Assembly (NCBI RefSeq): GCF_009914755.1
Contig: NC_060932.1
Length of the DNA stretch: 64,000 nucleotides
From: the human T2T-CHM13v2.0 reference genome, Homo sapiens
Reading direction: 5' to 3' (one strand)
In this document: one piece after another, positions 39,801-52,041 of the stretch
Layout: the number at the start of each line of letters is the position of its first letter
Position numbering within the stretch: position 1 is the stretch's first letter
The notes under the pieces: generated by a model
The model's input: only the letters and a program-made list of their open reading frames with translations
Database searches by the model: none
Told to the model about the DNA's origin: nothing
Made by a program: the position numbers and the translations under genes

Positions 39801-42581
39801 ATGCTCTCTAGGAGGCCTTGCTCAGTGCGGAGTGCCAGGCTGCAAAGACCTTGTTTCCTGTTCCCCCTTACCCAGCCTGGTCCCCTCTGTCTTTTTACTC
39901 CTAACACCAAACCCAATTCCATACAGTTTTTTAAGAAGAAAGAAAAACAAAAACAAAAACAAAAAACAAAACCTCTCTGCCTCTTACTTTATTAAAAAAG
40001 ATAATTTTTGTCTATAATCTTTAATAATCTGTGATTCTTATAAGGCAGCCTTACGGGGCAATTCTGTATCTGTTGATTATGAATTTATATCTCTATATAT
40101 GTAGACTAGAAGGCAGAATGCACTTATTTTGGCAAAACTTTCTTTTATGCATACACATTTTAGGAATTTAATATTGTGTTATTTTGATAATATAAAAATA
40201 AATGTCCTTAACTCCACTGCCATTTGGAATGTTTAAAGCCTTCCATTAAAAAAAATCTTTATTTTTAGAGGCGTAAACACCAAAGTGTTACATACTGAAT
40301 AGAAAAGTTACAAGATATTATCTTTAAAATTGATTAAGAATATTATAGATGCTAAAGATTATCTTCATAACTGCAAATGATGTACTTTCCTTCTATAGTG
40401 TATGAAGTTATGAGAAATTTTATTAGGAAAACTGAATAGTTAATATTAGGGCCATAAATGTTTTACCAGAGTATGGTATGATTTATATTAATGTACCAAT
40501 CAATATTAAAAAGTCCTTTTTTTATTAAGGAAAGGGTAGATATAGGAAAATGGTAATATATTTCCTAACTGGATAAAATTATGGAAATTTTAAATAAAAG
40601 AACACTCCATTGGGATGTTATTTAAATTGCTTGTTTCTCTACCGGGTTTACCTGCTCAGGCCATTCTCCCATCCAGTCACCCTCTTCTCCTTCCTTCCAA
40701 CTCTGTGCCTACTGGGTAGTCTGTGTATTTAATCCCAACTAGGCTTGTTACCTGGCATGAGTACCCCACATCTCAGGCAGAAAACTGGACGACTTACCAT
40801 GGAAATGAGTTTCTGTGCTTTTTCTTGCTGTAAGGTCCACCGAATTCCTTCTACTGAAATCAGCCTTCAGTATTCAATTACTTTTTATTAAAGCACTTTC
40901 TGATGGTGTGTTAATGAGCAACCACACTGGAGCTGATGAAGGGGAGACAAAAAGCGGAAAATCTTTGGTTTCTTTTAAAATCACTTGCATAGGCTTTGAG
41001 AAGACAATAACAGAGGCAAATAGTGTTACAAATTGGGTAACTTCTGACAAGAACTTGTAGTTGAAATGCTAGCCAGGGATGAACAGACAAGAAATGCAAC
41101 TAGGCACAGATTCTCTCAGTTACAGCTCAGCCAGCACTTTTACATGTCCCGTGCAACATAAAGCTGGAGAAATGTTCTGCGCCTGCTGTAGACATCACCA
41201 ACGGGAGGAAGCTTGACACCTGGGTTGCCAACTTATTTTTTCCTAAAGTTTAAACAAGATCCACTAATAAGCTAAGACAGTTTAGGGCAAAAGGAATCCA
41301 GTGAGTATGTTTATGTACTTTGGCTCTCTCTTCCCTACCACACTTTGGTTTTTCAGAACTTGTAATAGTTTTACTCAAAACCTCTTTGAAAATCATCTGT
41401 TTCTGAAGCTAGGTCATTAGTATCACAGATTTTCCTTAAATCCTTTTTGTGATAAGAGTTGAAGTTCAGCAATGAGGAAGTCATTGTATTTACCTGAGTA
41501 AGTCTAGAGTTTAAAAGGGGAAAATCAGAGACAAACAACTATTACAGAGTGGTTATAAATAAAGGAGAAGAGACATGAAGAAAAGAGTGCCATGAAAATA
41601 CAAATGACCATGCAAGTAATTCCGCAGGGAGAGAGCGGATATGAACAAACAGAAGAAATCAGATGGGATAGTGCTGGCGGGAAGTCATCCCAGTTAAGGG
41701 TGCAAAGGCTTGGAGGCAGAAGAGAAGCAGGGCGTTCGAGGCTGGGGATTAGAGTTGGGGGAACTCTGGCACTGGGGAAGCCAGAGTTTCCAGAGTCACC
41801 CCTAACTCTTACTCACTGTGTGGCCTTGGGGAGCTTGGGGTTACTTCTCTCTAAGCCATAGTTCTTTCTTCAATAAAATGGAGATAGAAAGATAAGCACA
41901 CACTTCCAAATCCTACTTAATTTTTAAAATTTCCTTTTCAAGGAATCAAACTGTGCTGTGATTCCTTTTTTGATTACTCAAAATAATTCGATACTAAAAA
42001 CTGAATTCCTGTAGCACAGATACTTGATCAGCCCCTCAACAGAGGACCGTAGGCAAATTACTTCTCTGTCTTAAACTTATCTATTATCAAATGGATCATT
42101 GTTTCCAGAGAGGAAGGAATTTTTTGCTGCATAGTTCCAAAAGGCAGTAGAGCTGATAGTTAGAAATGACAGAGAAAGATTTTTGTTTTTAAATGAAGGA
42201 AAAAAGTAAAAGCATGCTAAAAATCAGAATTGGAAGACAGTGGGTGATACAGGCTTCAAAATAAATAAGGAGCTCTCTGTTATCAGAGACTTCGCTGGGT
42301 ACAAAGAGAAGAAAAATAACTCTCTTGCACTTAAGAATGTACTTCCTTATACACTGTCTTATTTGTCAATAATTTTACCAGGAACCAGTTTGTAACTTGT
42401 TAAATTGTATCTTGTAAAGTGCCTTGGATTTCTTTTATACTCTATACAATGTAGGATAAGGAAGCAGTTGCTCAATTAGTTTTTTTTTTAATTGCATTGA
42501 AGATTGGATGAAACACAGAATAAAGAAAAGAAATAACCAATAACCTGCTTCATAAAAGGGCTACAACCTCTGGATCTAAGA

Positions 42582-42726
42582 CTCAGCTCATCAAAAGATG
42601 GTTTGCAGACCAGCAGCAGTGCTTGAGGGCCTGTTAGAAAAGCAGAATGTAAACCCCACTCTGGCCTAAAACAAGGTCCTCAGGCGATGTGGATGCGCAT
42701 GAACGCATGAGATGCGCTGCCCTAGA
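42582..42726. mobile_element. MER5A-like hAT-Charlie fossil
   Basis: gaccagcagc...tgttagaaaagcagaat...aacaaggtcctcaggcgat...gctgccctag. Confidence 0.6.
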
Positions 42727-44155
42727 ACCACATTTCGGGTGGTCTCTAGAGTTGCTCAGAGTGAGAGCTGCCAACATCATCTCTTCAAAAGTTTTAGTCT
42801 TCATCAGCTCTGACAGTTTCTTCCCTGTGTTGTAAGAGACTATAACTGTAGGCTGTTTCGCCTTTTCCTTTTGTCAGCCTTCTCATTTGCATAGCAACCT
42901 TAGGCAAGGAAAACACTCTTAGAATGATTAAAGTTTATTCTCAGAAAAGCTCTCTCACAGAAATGAAGCAAGATTGTCAAATGTATTAGGAATGTTATAG
43001 GAAAGATACAGTTACCCCTCAGGTGCTTATTGTATCAGGACACAGACCTCAAATGGATCTCTGGGAAGGTTTTTCTCACTGTGACCCCTGATAGAAGACT
43101 AAGGCCCTGTCACTAGATCTTGCAGGCCCCACTCTGTAGTCAGCATGGGTCCTGCTGCATCTGAGTGAACTGGAGTCAGCTGTGTTTTCCCAGGTCACCA
43201 AGTTAGCAATGCTGGAGCTCGCTTAAGCAGTCAGGGCATCTACCACTGAATTCATTGTTCTACCTGCTGTACGTGGCTGCTTCTCATAAAATTTATAGAC
43301 AAAAGCCAAAAAATTTAGTATGTGTTTACAAACTCTTATCAGACCACATTGCTGTTGCTAAATGTGTAAAATGAGAACTGACATGAGTTGTACTTTCTGT
43401 CTCCTTCCCTTATCTTTCACTAAACAGCCAAAAGGAAAGTATCAGGACAGAGTAGAAGCAGAAGTCTGTGTACTAATTACCACTTACTACATGCCTGTTT
43501 TAGGCTATGCACTTTACATACCCAGGGTGTAAACATCGCAGCTATTCTGCCATAGGATTTATTAACCCCAGTTTACAGATAGGAAAACTGAGGCTTAAAG
43601 ATCAAATGACAGAACTGCATTTGAGTATTAATGTGTTGGAACCCAAAGTGTATGCTTTTTCATTACATCTTAAAAGTTTGTATTAGTCTGTAAACTAAAT
43701 AATTCATTTCTGAGTGACTGTTTTTTTGTTTTTGTTTTTGTTTTTGTTTTTTTGGTATTTGTTCATTCAAAGCATTCTTCCCATGGCAGCTCACTACAAA
43801 AGCCTTCCTGGATTTTTTTCATATCTGAGTTTCAAGACCAGAAACCGTGTCACCCTGCTGAAAAACCCAAAAAGAAAGAATTATTGCATTGTAGACCATC
43901 CATTAATCTGCTTTCAAAACTCTATGCAGATGTGTTGTCTTTTTGCTCTTCTGTTACACTCAGTTTGTGGTACCCTATTCCTATCAATTTGGATCTGCTT
44001 TTCTGTTTTTAAAAAAAGTGTCATTGATTATCAAGTTCTCACTAATAGATGCTTTTTCTCTTCTCATCCCCATGTTATCAATCCAGCTGTTCAGCCTTGC
44101 CCTGAATGTTATTTGTAGCACTCAGTGAAAACTTTGCGATAAGACAGGATTCTTG

Positions 44156-44223
44156 TGTTAGCACGTCACCTCCATCATGTTAGCACGTCACCTCCATCAT
44201 GTTAGCACGTCACCTCCATCATG
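44156..44223. repeat. Perfect 22-bp tandem triplication TGTTAGCACGTCACCTCCATCA
   Basis: Three identical copies at 44156, 44178 and 44200. Confidence 0.95.
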
Positions 44224-44469
44224 CCTTTCTTCCACCAGTGTCATCTAAAGCATTGTTAATGCTATTGCTGCTTAATACCACTCCTGTGGAATTTCAGCAC
44301 CTAAAAAACTAATTTTCAAAATATCTTTTATAGATAAGCGTCCAGAACAACTAGATATATATCAAATGACTTGTCTAAAATTGCATAGCAGATAAAAATG
44401 CCATAGTGTGATTTCATACACGAGTGGTGCATAACCAACAATGTCAATGATCGTGGAAGAGAAGTGTGG

Positions 44470-44537
44470 GCTTCTTGAATATATAAATGTATGTCTTTCA
44501 ATTTGATGAAAGGCATACATTTATATATTCAAGAAGC
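44470..44537. repeat. 31-bp inverted repeat with 6-nt spacer (hairpin/cruciform)
   Basis: Arms 44470-44500 and 44507-44537 are reverse complements at 30 of 31 positions. Confidence 0.95.
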
Positions 44538-45259
44538 ATATTGAATATTTTGTAATTCATAAAGTACCTTGGATGGCAATCATGGATATTGGATAAGGAA
44601 AACAGGAAGCATTAATTAGTTTAAATATACACTAACTAATGAAAATGTCACAAAGGAGTTAGATGCACTATAGCTACAAACTACTCTTTAATCATGTTAA
44701 AGATTTCTCTAGATATATATACTGGAGATATACAAAGATGGGTAAGACACTACAGAAATTATATCACCATTACCGTTCAGAGTGATTGAAGTTTAAATAA
44801 ACTGTTGATTTTTATTGAGTCAGTAAAAATTCTAACCACTTTATGTGCACTGTCTCATGTTTCTCTCCTAATAACACAAAAGTGGGCTCTATGTTTAGCC
44901 TCATTTCATAGTTGAGGAAACTGACCTGGACAGTTCAGACCCTTGATTAGTTTGAGTGCTAATTGTCAGGTAGATGTTAAGCTAGTAAGTACATGAGGAA
45001 TTGAATCCTGATCTGATTCCAATGTTTTTGCTCATGACAACTATTTTTACTGTACCAATTGTTATGGTCTAGGATTTTAAAGAAAAAGCCTAATTTACAA
45101 TAGTCATTAAAGGTTTACCTGAGGGTGAGCTGACGAAAAAGTGTTATTTTTTTCTTTTTACTGCATTAGACATATTATATTAGGATCAGGTTCAACTGCG
45201 AATACCAAATATGCACCTGTAGTGACTTAACCCAGTAGAAATATTACGTCCTTCTCCTG

Positions 45260-45397
45260 CCCCACTTAAAACCTGTACAGTGGTGCCACACTGTCCTTCC
45301 CCAGCTCCATAGAGCTCGTGGCTCACTGTGGCTCCCCACTTAAAACCTGCACAGCGATGCCACACTGTCCTTCCCCAGCTCCACAGAGCTTATGGCT
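45260..45397. repeat. Diverged tandem duplication, ~64-bp match with 74-bp period
   Basis: ccccacttaaaacctg.acag.g.tgccacactgtccttccccagctcca.agagct..tggct at 45260 and 45334. Confidence 0.9.
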
Positions 45398-48300
45398 ACG
45401 CTTTTCTTAGCCTTTCACTTTTTCCCTCAAGCCTGCTGCCCTTACAAACATGTCTGCATCCTATGCAGGAAGAAGAAAAGAGTGAAAGGGAAAAGAGAAC
45501 GCCAACTATGTAATTTTAAAGAGTTTCCCATAAATCTCAGTCAGTGCTAATTAATATCTTATTGGCCAGAATTGGATCACAGGCCACCATAGCTGCAAGA
45601 AAGCTGCAAAATTGAGATTTTTTTTTTTAATGTACTTAGTATTTTAGAACAGTTGTGGCTTTACAGAAAGATTGTGAAAATAGTACAGAGAGTTTTCGTA
45701 TATCCTGCATGTGGTTTTTCTCTATTATTAACATCTTACATTAGCATGGCTCACTTATTTCAGTTTATGAACCAATATTGACACATTGTTAACTATTATT
45801 GACAATACTGGCACAGAATTAACTAAAGTCCATTTCAGGTTTCCTTAGTTTTTACCTAGTGTCCTTTTTCTGTTCCAGAATCCCTGGAATACAACATCAC
45901 GTTGAGTTGTCCTGTCTCCTTAGGCTGCTCTTGGCTGTGACAGTTTCTTGGACTTGTTTGTTTTGATGATCTTAACAGTTTTGAGGAGTACTAATCAGGT
46001 TTTTTTTAAGATGTTTCTCAATTGGGATTTGTCAGATTTGTTTTCATCATTAACCTGGGCTTATGAGTTTGGGGAACCAAAACCACAGAGGTAAAATGCC
46101 ATGTTTGCCACATCATATCAAGTATACGTACTGTCCACATGACTTATGCTCATGTTACCTTGATAACGTAGCTGAGGTCATGCTTGTCAAGTTTCTCCAC
46201 TGTCGAATTCCTCATTTTTCTTTCTTTTCTTACTATATCCTTTAAAAGGAAGTCACTATGGGGAACCCCTGATTAAGAAGTGGGGAATTACAGTTCACTT
46301 CCCCTAGGTGGAATATCTACAAAAATTATCTGGAAGATTTGTGCCTTCTCCCCTATTTATCTATTGATTGATTGATTCAGTCATTTCTGTCAGTGTGGAC
46401 TCATGGATATTAATTTTATACATTGTGTTACAATTCAGTACCACTGTCTTTTCTTGCTCAGATTGTCTCAGCTTTGGCCATTGGGAGTTCTTTCAGTTGG
46501 CTTTGACACATGCCCATAATTTGAGGGTTTAATTCAAACATAATTTGAGGGTTTTTTTTTTAACACTTTCTTACTTTCTGGCACTACACATTGCTCCAGA
46601 CTAGTCTTAGATATTTCTACCTCCAGTCCTAAAATCAGTCATTTCTCCAAGAAGCTCAGGTTCCATTTATTGGAGTATGGTATTAGAAACCAAGGTCAGG
46701 CTGCTGGCCCGCTTGTTGTTTCTGGGATGTGCTGAAGTCTGCGCTTTCTCAGCTGACATAGAATGGACATATATGTGTATGTACTAACCTATGTATATAC
46801 ACATATTTATGCATATTTAACCATCTGTAAATACATTAAGCTAAACATGAGTTCATAATGATGTCTCTGATTTTAATCTGTTCCCACATTGACCATTATA
46901 GCCTCTTCCCTTTGCTTATTACTCCACTCCACCGTGAGAAACTGGCTCCCACCATTCTTTTATTTAATTGTTGAGTTCCAGGATACATGTACAGTGACAT
47001 CAGAATGGTTAACCTGTACTTACACTTCTTCCTGTAGAAAGTAACTTCATCAACTAGAACAGTGCTTATTTACGGTTTTTTTTTTCCCTTTAGTCTAACA
47101 GACTTCTCTCATTTCTAAGTTTACTTTTCTCCAATCCCTTCAATAAAATTGTTTTCATATGCTTTAACCTAGTTAAAATGTTTGTTCACATTCAGCATTG
47201 CATCCTGAGAGTCTCCTACTTCCTCAATAATATTGTGGTTTTTAGTGTGCAAACATGAAAATTCACTCTCTGTGCTGTGAGGTTGTTTGGGTTTTGACAA
47301 GTGCTTTGTGTCATGTATTCACCGTCATTTTGGTATCATACAGAATAGTTTTATCACCCTAAGCTATAGTTATTCAACCTTCTCTCCACCCCTTAAACTG
47401 TGTTAACTACTGATTTTTTTTTTATCATCTCTCTAGTTTTAGTATTTTCAGTATGTCATACAGTTGAAAGCATATAGTATGTAGCCTTTCCAGAGTGGCT
47501 TCTTTCACTTAGAAATGTGCATTTAAGATTTATTCCTAGTTTTTGTGGATTGTTAGCTCATTTCTTTCTACTGCTGAATCATTTTCTACTGTATGCATGT
47601 AACCCAGTTTGCTTATCTGTTCATCTATCGAAGGGCATCTTGGTTGCTATGAATAAAGCTGCTGTAAACATTTATGTGAAAGTTTTTATGTAGGCATACA
47701 TTTTCAGAACCATTGGGTAAAAACCTAAGAATACAACTGCTAGATTGTATAATAAGGCTATGTTTAGCTTTGCAAGAAATTGCCAAACTGTCTAAGTGGC
47801 TGTATATACTATGTTGCATTCCAGGCAGGAATGAGAGTTTATGTTTTTCATATCCTCACCAACAATTTGTATATTCAGTTATTTATTTTAGTCATTTTAA
47901 TACGTGAGAAGTGGTATCTCACTTTTGTTGTAGTTTGAATTCCCTAGTGACAAATGATGTTGAACATCTTTATTTGGTTATTTGCCATCTGTAGATCTTC
48001 TTTGGTGAGTTGTCTGTTCAAGTATTTTGCCTGCTTTTTAAGTGGGTCATTTGCTTTCTTATTGTTGAGTTATAAAAGTTTTTTCTGTGTTTTGAATACA
48101 AATCCTTTATCAGCTAACATGTTTCCCAAATATTTTCTTCCTTTCTGTGGCTTGTCTCTTTATCTCTTAATAGTGTCCTACACAAAGCCGAAGTCTATAA
48201 TTTTAACAAAGTAGAACTTACCAATTTTTCTTTCAAGGACTTTTTTGATATTGTATCTAAAAACTCATCACCAAACTAATATAATACAGATTTTCTTCTG

Positions 48301-49310
48301 TGCTTTCTTCTCTAAGTTTTATGTTTCATATTTGGTTTTAAGATACATTTTGAGTTGATTTTTGTGAAATATGTCTGTGTCTAGGTGTCTACTTTTTTTT
48401 TTAGCTTATTGATATTCACTTGTTCCTATACCATTTGTTGAAAAAAAACATTATTTTCCATTGAATTGTCTTTGCTCCTTTGTCAGTAATCAGTTGACTG
48501 TATTTCTGAGGGTCAGTTTCTGGGCTCTGTATTTTGTTCCATTGATCTGTCTTTTCTTTCGCAAATACCGCGCTGTCTTGATTGTAGCTTTATAATAAGT
48601 CTTGAAATTATATATTATGAGTCTTCTAACATTGTTTTTCTTGTCAGTATTGTGTTGTCTGTTCTGGGTCTTTTGCCTTTCCATGTGTACTTTAGAAAAT
48701 GTTTGTCAATGTCTAAAAATATATCACTTGCTGAGATTTTGATTAGGATTGCATTGAATCTGTAGATTAGTTGGGAAGAACTGGAGTCTTAACAATGTTA
48801 TGACCATGAACGTGGATGTTACTCCTTTGAGTTCTTCCATCAGAGTTTTGTAGTTTTCTACATAGGAATACTGTACATATTTTGTTAAATTTGTACCAAA
48901 ACATGCAATTTTTTTTTGGCTTCAGTAAATGTTTTTTGTTCTTAAAATTCCAATTATTTATTGCTGGTATGTAGGAAAGCATTTGACTGGTAACCTTTTA
49001 TTACCTTGTTTTACTAGCTTATTAGCTATAGGAGTATGTGTAGGGTTTGAGGGGTTTTGGGGACTATTTTTGGGGATTTTTTTACATTGCCAGTGATGTC
49101 ACCTGTGAACAAAGGAAGTTTTACTTTTTTCTTCAAAATCTGTATGAGTTTTATTTACTTTTCTTGTCCTATTGAAGTAGGTGGGACTTCTAGCATAGTG
49201 TTGAATAGTAGTTGTGAGAGTAGACATCCTTGCCTTGTTCCCAATCTTAAGGGGAAAGCATTCAGTTGCTCACAATTCAATATGTTGCAGGTTTGCTGTA
49301 CATGTTCTTT

Positions 49311-49604
49311 CTTTTCTTGAGACAGAGTCTCGCTCTGTCACCCAGGCTGGAGTGCATCTAGGTGGCACCATCTAGGCTCACTGCAACCTCTGCCTCCCAG
49401 GTTCAAGTAATTCTCATGCCTCAGCCTGAGTAGCTGGCATTACAGGCGTGTATCACCACGCCTGGCTAATTTTTGTCTTTTTTCAGTAGAGACGGGGTTT
49501 CACCATGTTGGCCATGCTGGTTTCGAACTCCTGATCTCAAGTGATCCACCCATGTTGGCCTCACAAAGTTCTGGGATTACAGGTGTGAGCCACCATTCCT
49601 GCCC
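49311..49604 (-). mobile_element. AluS-type, antisense
   Basis: Full Alu body. TSD ATGTTCTTT at 49302-49310 and 49606-49614. Confidence 0.9.
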
Positions 49605-50573
49605 GATGTTCTTTTTCAACTTGAGGAAATTTACTGAAAGTTGTTATGAATGAATGTCGCCATTGGCCGCATGCTTTTTCTGCTCTATTTATATGATCAC
49701 ATGATTTTCCTACTTTGGCCTTGTTGATGTGGTGGGTTACATTGATTTTCTAATATTAAATCAACCTTATGTACCTGGAATAAATCCTACTTGGTTATGG
49801 TGTATAATTCTTTTAGCACATTATGGAATGGAGTTTGCTAATAGTTTTGAGGATTTTTGTACCTGTGTTCATGAGAGATGCTGATTTCTAGTTCTTCACT
49901 TTAGACTGTCTTTATCCACACTGGTTATGAGGAGGCCTTGTTCTTGTTCCCCCTCAGACCACATCTCATTCTAAGGAGGTCACAGAGCATTTGGGCTGGT
50001 CACAAATCTGGCACCTGTTAATGCTTTTCCTCCCCATCTCTGGCCAGTTGTAGCCTCTGAGGGTGATTTAGTATTTTGAGAGATACTTCCTTTGTCAGGT
50101 CCCAACCAGTGCTCAAGAATAGGCTGGGGACAGTCACCTCTGGCCTCCCTGGCTGGCCCAGACTGGTCCCAGCCTCTGATGAGTAATGTAGAAATACTTT
50201 GAACGAGGCACTTCCAATGACCAGCCCCACAGATTGGGTTAGGAAGTGTTCCCTCTGCTTTTATTTTTTGGACAAGATTATAGAGAACTGGTATCATTTC
50301 ATTCTTTAATATTTGACAAAATTCATTGAAACCATATGGAGTTGATGCTTTCTTTTTTGGAAGATCATTAACTATTGATTAAATTTATTTAATAGACATA
50401 AGCCCATTCAGATTATTTAATTCTCTTTGTGTTGGTCATTATGAATCAGAATCAGTCACATTCATGTAAGTTAAAAAATGTGTGAGCTTGGAGTTGTTCA
50501 TAGTATTTCTTCATTATTCTTAAATGTCCTTGAGGTCAAAAATAATGAAATCCTCTTCCTCTCTCTCTCTCTC

Positions 50574-50880
50574 TTTTTTTTTTTTTTTTTTAATTTTTCT
50601 GAGACAGAGTCACTCTGTCACCCAGGCTGGAGTGCAGTGGTGTGATCCTGGCTCACTGCAACCTCAGCCTCTTGGGTTCAAGTGATTGTTGTTGCTCAGC
50701 CTCCCAAGTAGCTGGGACTATAGGCACACACCACCGTGCCCAGCTAATTTTTGTATTTTTAGTAGAGATGGAGTTTTGCCATGTTGACCAGGCTGGTCTT
50801 GAACTCTTGGCCTCAGGTGATCCACCTGCCTTGGCCTCCCAAAGTGCTGGGATTACAGGCCTGAGCCGTCACACCCGGCC
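50574..50880 (-). mobile_element. AluS (Sx/Sz-like), antisense
   Basis: Poly(T), then Alu body with cctcaggtgatccacc, ending cccggcc. Imperfect TSD aaa.cctcttc. Confidence 0.9.
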
Positions 50881-51845
50881 AAAACCCTCTTCATTTCTGA
50901 TATTGGTGTTTGGGCTTTTTTTTTCTCTTTAGCCTGTCTAGAGGTTTATCAATTTCATCAGTCTTTTCAAAGTCCAGCTTTGGGTTTTGATAATTTGCTA
51001 TTTTTGGAAAATGAGTCTTTAGCTGCGTATTTGCTATCCCAGACACACTGAAGAAGGAGGAAGCTGATCTGTAGGCAGCCAGCCTGCCAGCTGCAGTTCT
51101 TCCTGGAGGGCCTTATCCAGATGAGGTCATCATGCTGTGTCTGTATTCTCTGGGGTAGCCACACTTTTCTGTCCTTATGTTTTCTCAGGTTTTTGCTTCT
51201 GTGGAGCCATTCTTGATAGAGCCATCTCCTTCCTTCCTGACTTGAAGTCTTATGATTTACATTAGAAATACATGAATATGTTGAATTCTACCTCAGAAAA
51301 TGCCTGTGTTTACTTAACCTAAGAATGTTGTTTTATTACCATGTGGTTGACACATTATTCAGGAAAGTATATTTTATTGTCTCTCTGGTGGAATTTTGGC
51401 ATATATTTTGGCCTCTGGCTTTGCTCACAGCTGTTCTGAGACAGTTTTAAAATCTCTCTGAGCCTCAGTTTCCTTGTCCTGAGATAAGCAAGAAAAGGCA
51501 CACCTCATAGTGTGGGAGTGAAGTTTGGGTGTAATCCTGGCATGGCATTATATAGAAGTCTTGGGTGCATGTGGCTTCTCCAAATATCACAGTTTCCTAC
51601 TCTGTGTATTGACCAGAGATTAACTCCAGACTTCTATATTGTTGCTAGACGAACTGCCTAAATGCCTTAATTTCCTTTTGACAGACACCTGTTTCATGTT
51701 TGCTTTAGTTCTTTGCTTGTGACTTCCTTCTTCCTTTTTACAAAAATATAGAACATTGATTTTGTTTCTGAGGTATAAATATATGTGAATAACAGAATGT
51801 TAGAGACTATGATAGATACTGCTAATTTGACTCTCTTGGTTACAG

Positions 51846-52041
51846 GGGAAGGGGAGGAGTTACAGCCCGGCCAGTTGGAGTTGTAGTACCACGAGGGACG
51901 CCAACTCCCAGAGCAGTCCTGTCCACCCGAGGGCCAGTGAGTCGGGGAAGAGGACTTCTCACTCCCAGAGCAAGAGGAGTCCCCCCAACTGGGTACAGAC
52001 CTCCACCGCCACCCCCGACACAAGAGACTTATGGAGAATAT
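51846..52041 (+). CDS. KHDRBS3: KHDRBS3 coding exon (exon 6), 196 nt, phase 2-0, RG-rich and proline-rich region
   Basis: Branch-like ctaat at 51822, acceptor ttacag|G, donor TAT|gtaagt. Completes Arg, then [65 protein letters not shown]. Phase fits exon 5. Confidence 0.96.

Larger units (their letters stand above)
45620..51010 (-). mobile_element. Old L1M (L1MC/MB-type) 3' UTR plus ORF2 remnant, interrupted by two Alus and a foreign insert
   Basis: ttacagaaagattgtgaaaatagtacagagagtt (L1MC-like 3' end), then L1 ORF2 text such as ggattgcattgaatctgtaga, catccttgccttgttcccaatctta and ataaatcctacttgg. Confidence 0.8.

Noticed and set aside
51845-51860. G-rich exon 6 start as a G-quadruplex
   Set aside because: Only two runs of three or more G, explained by Arg-Gly codons.
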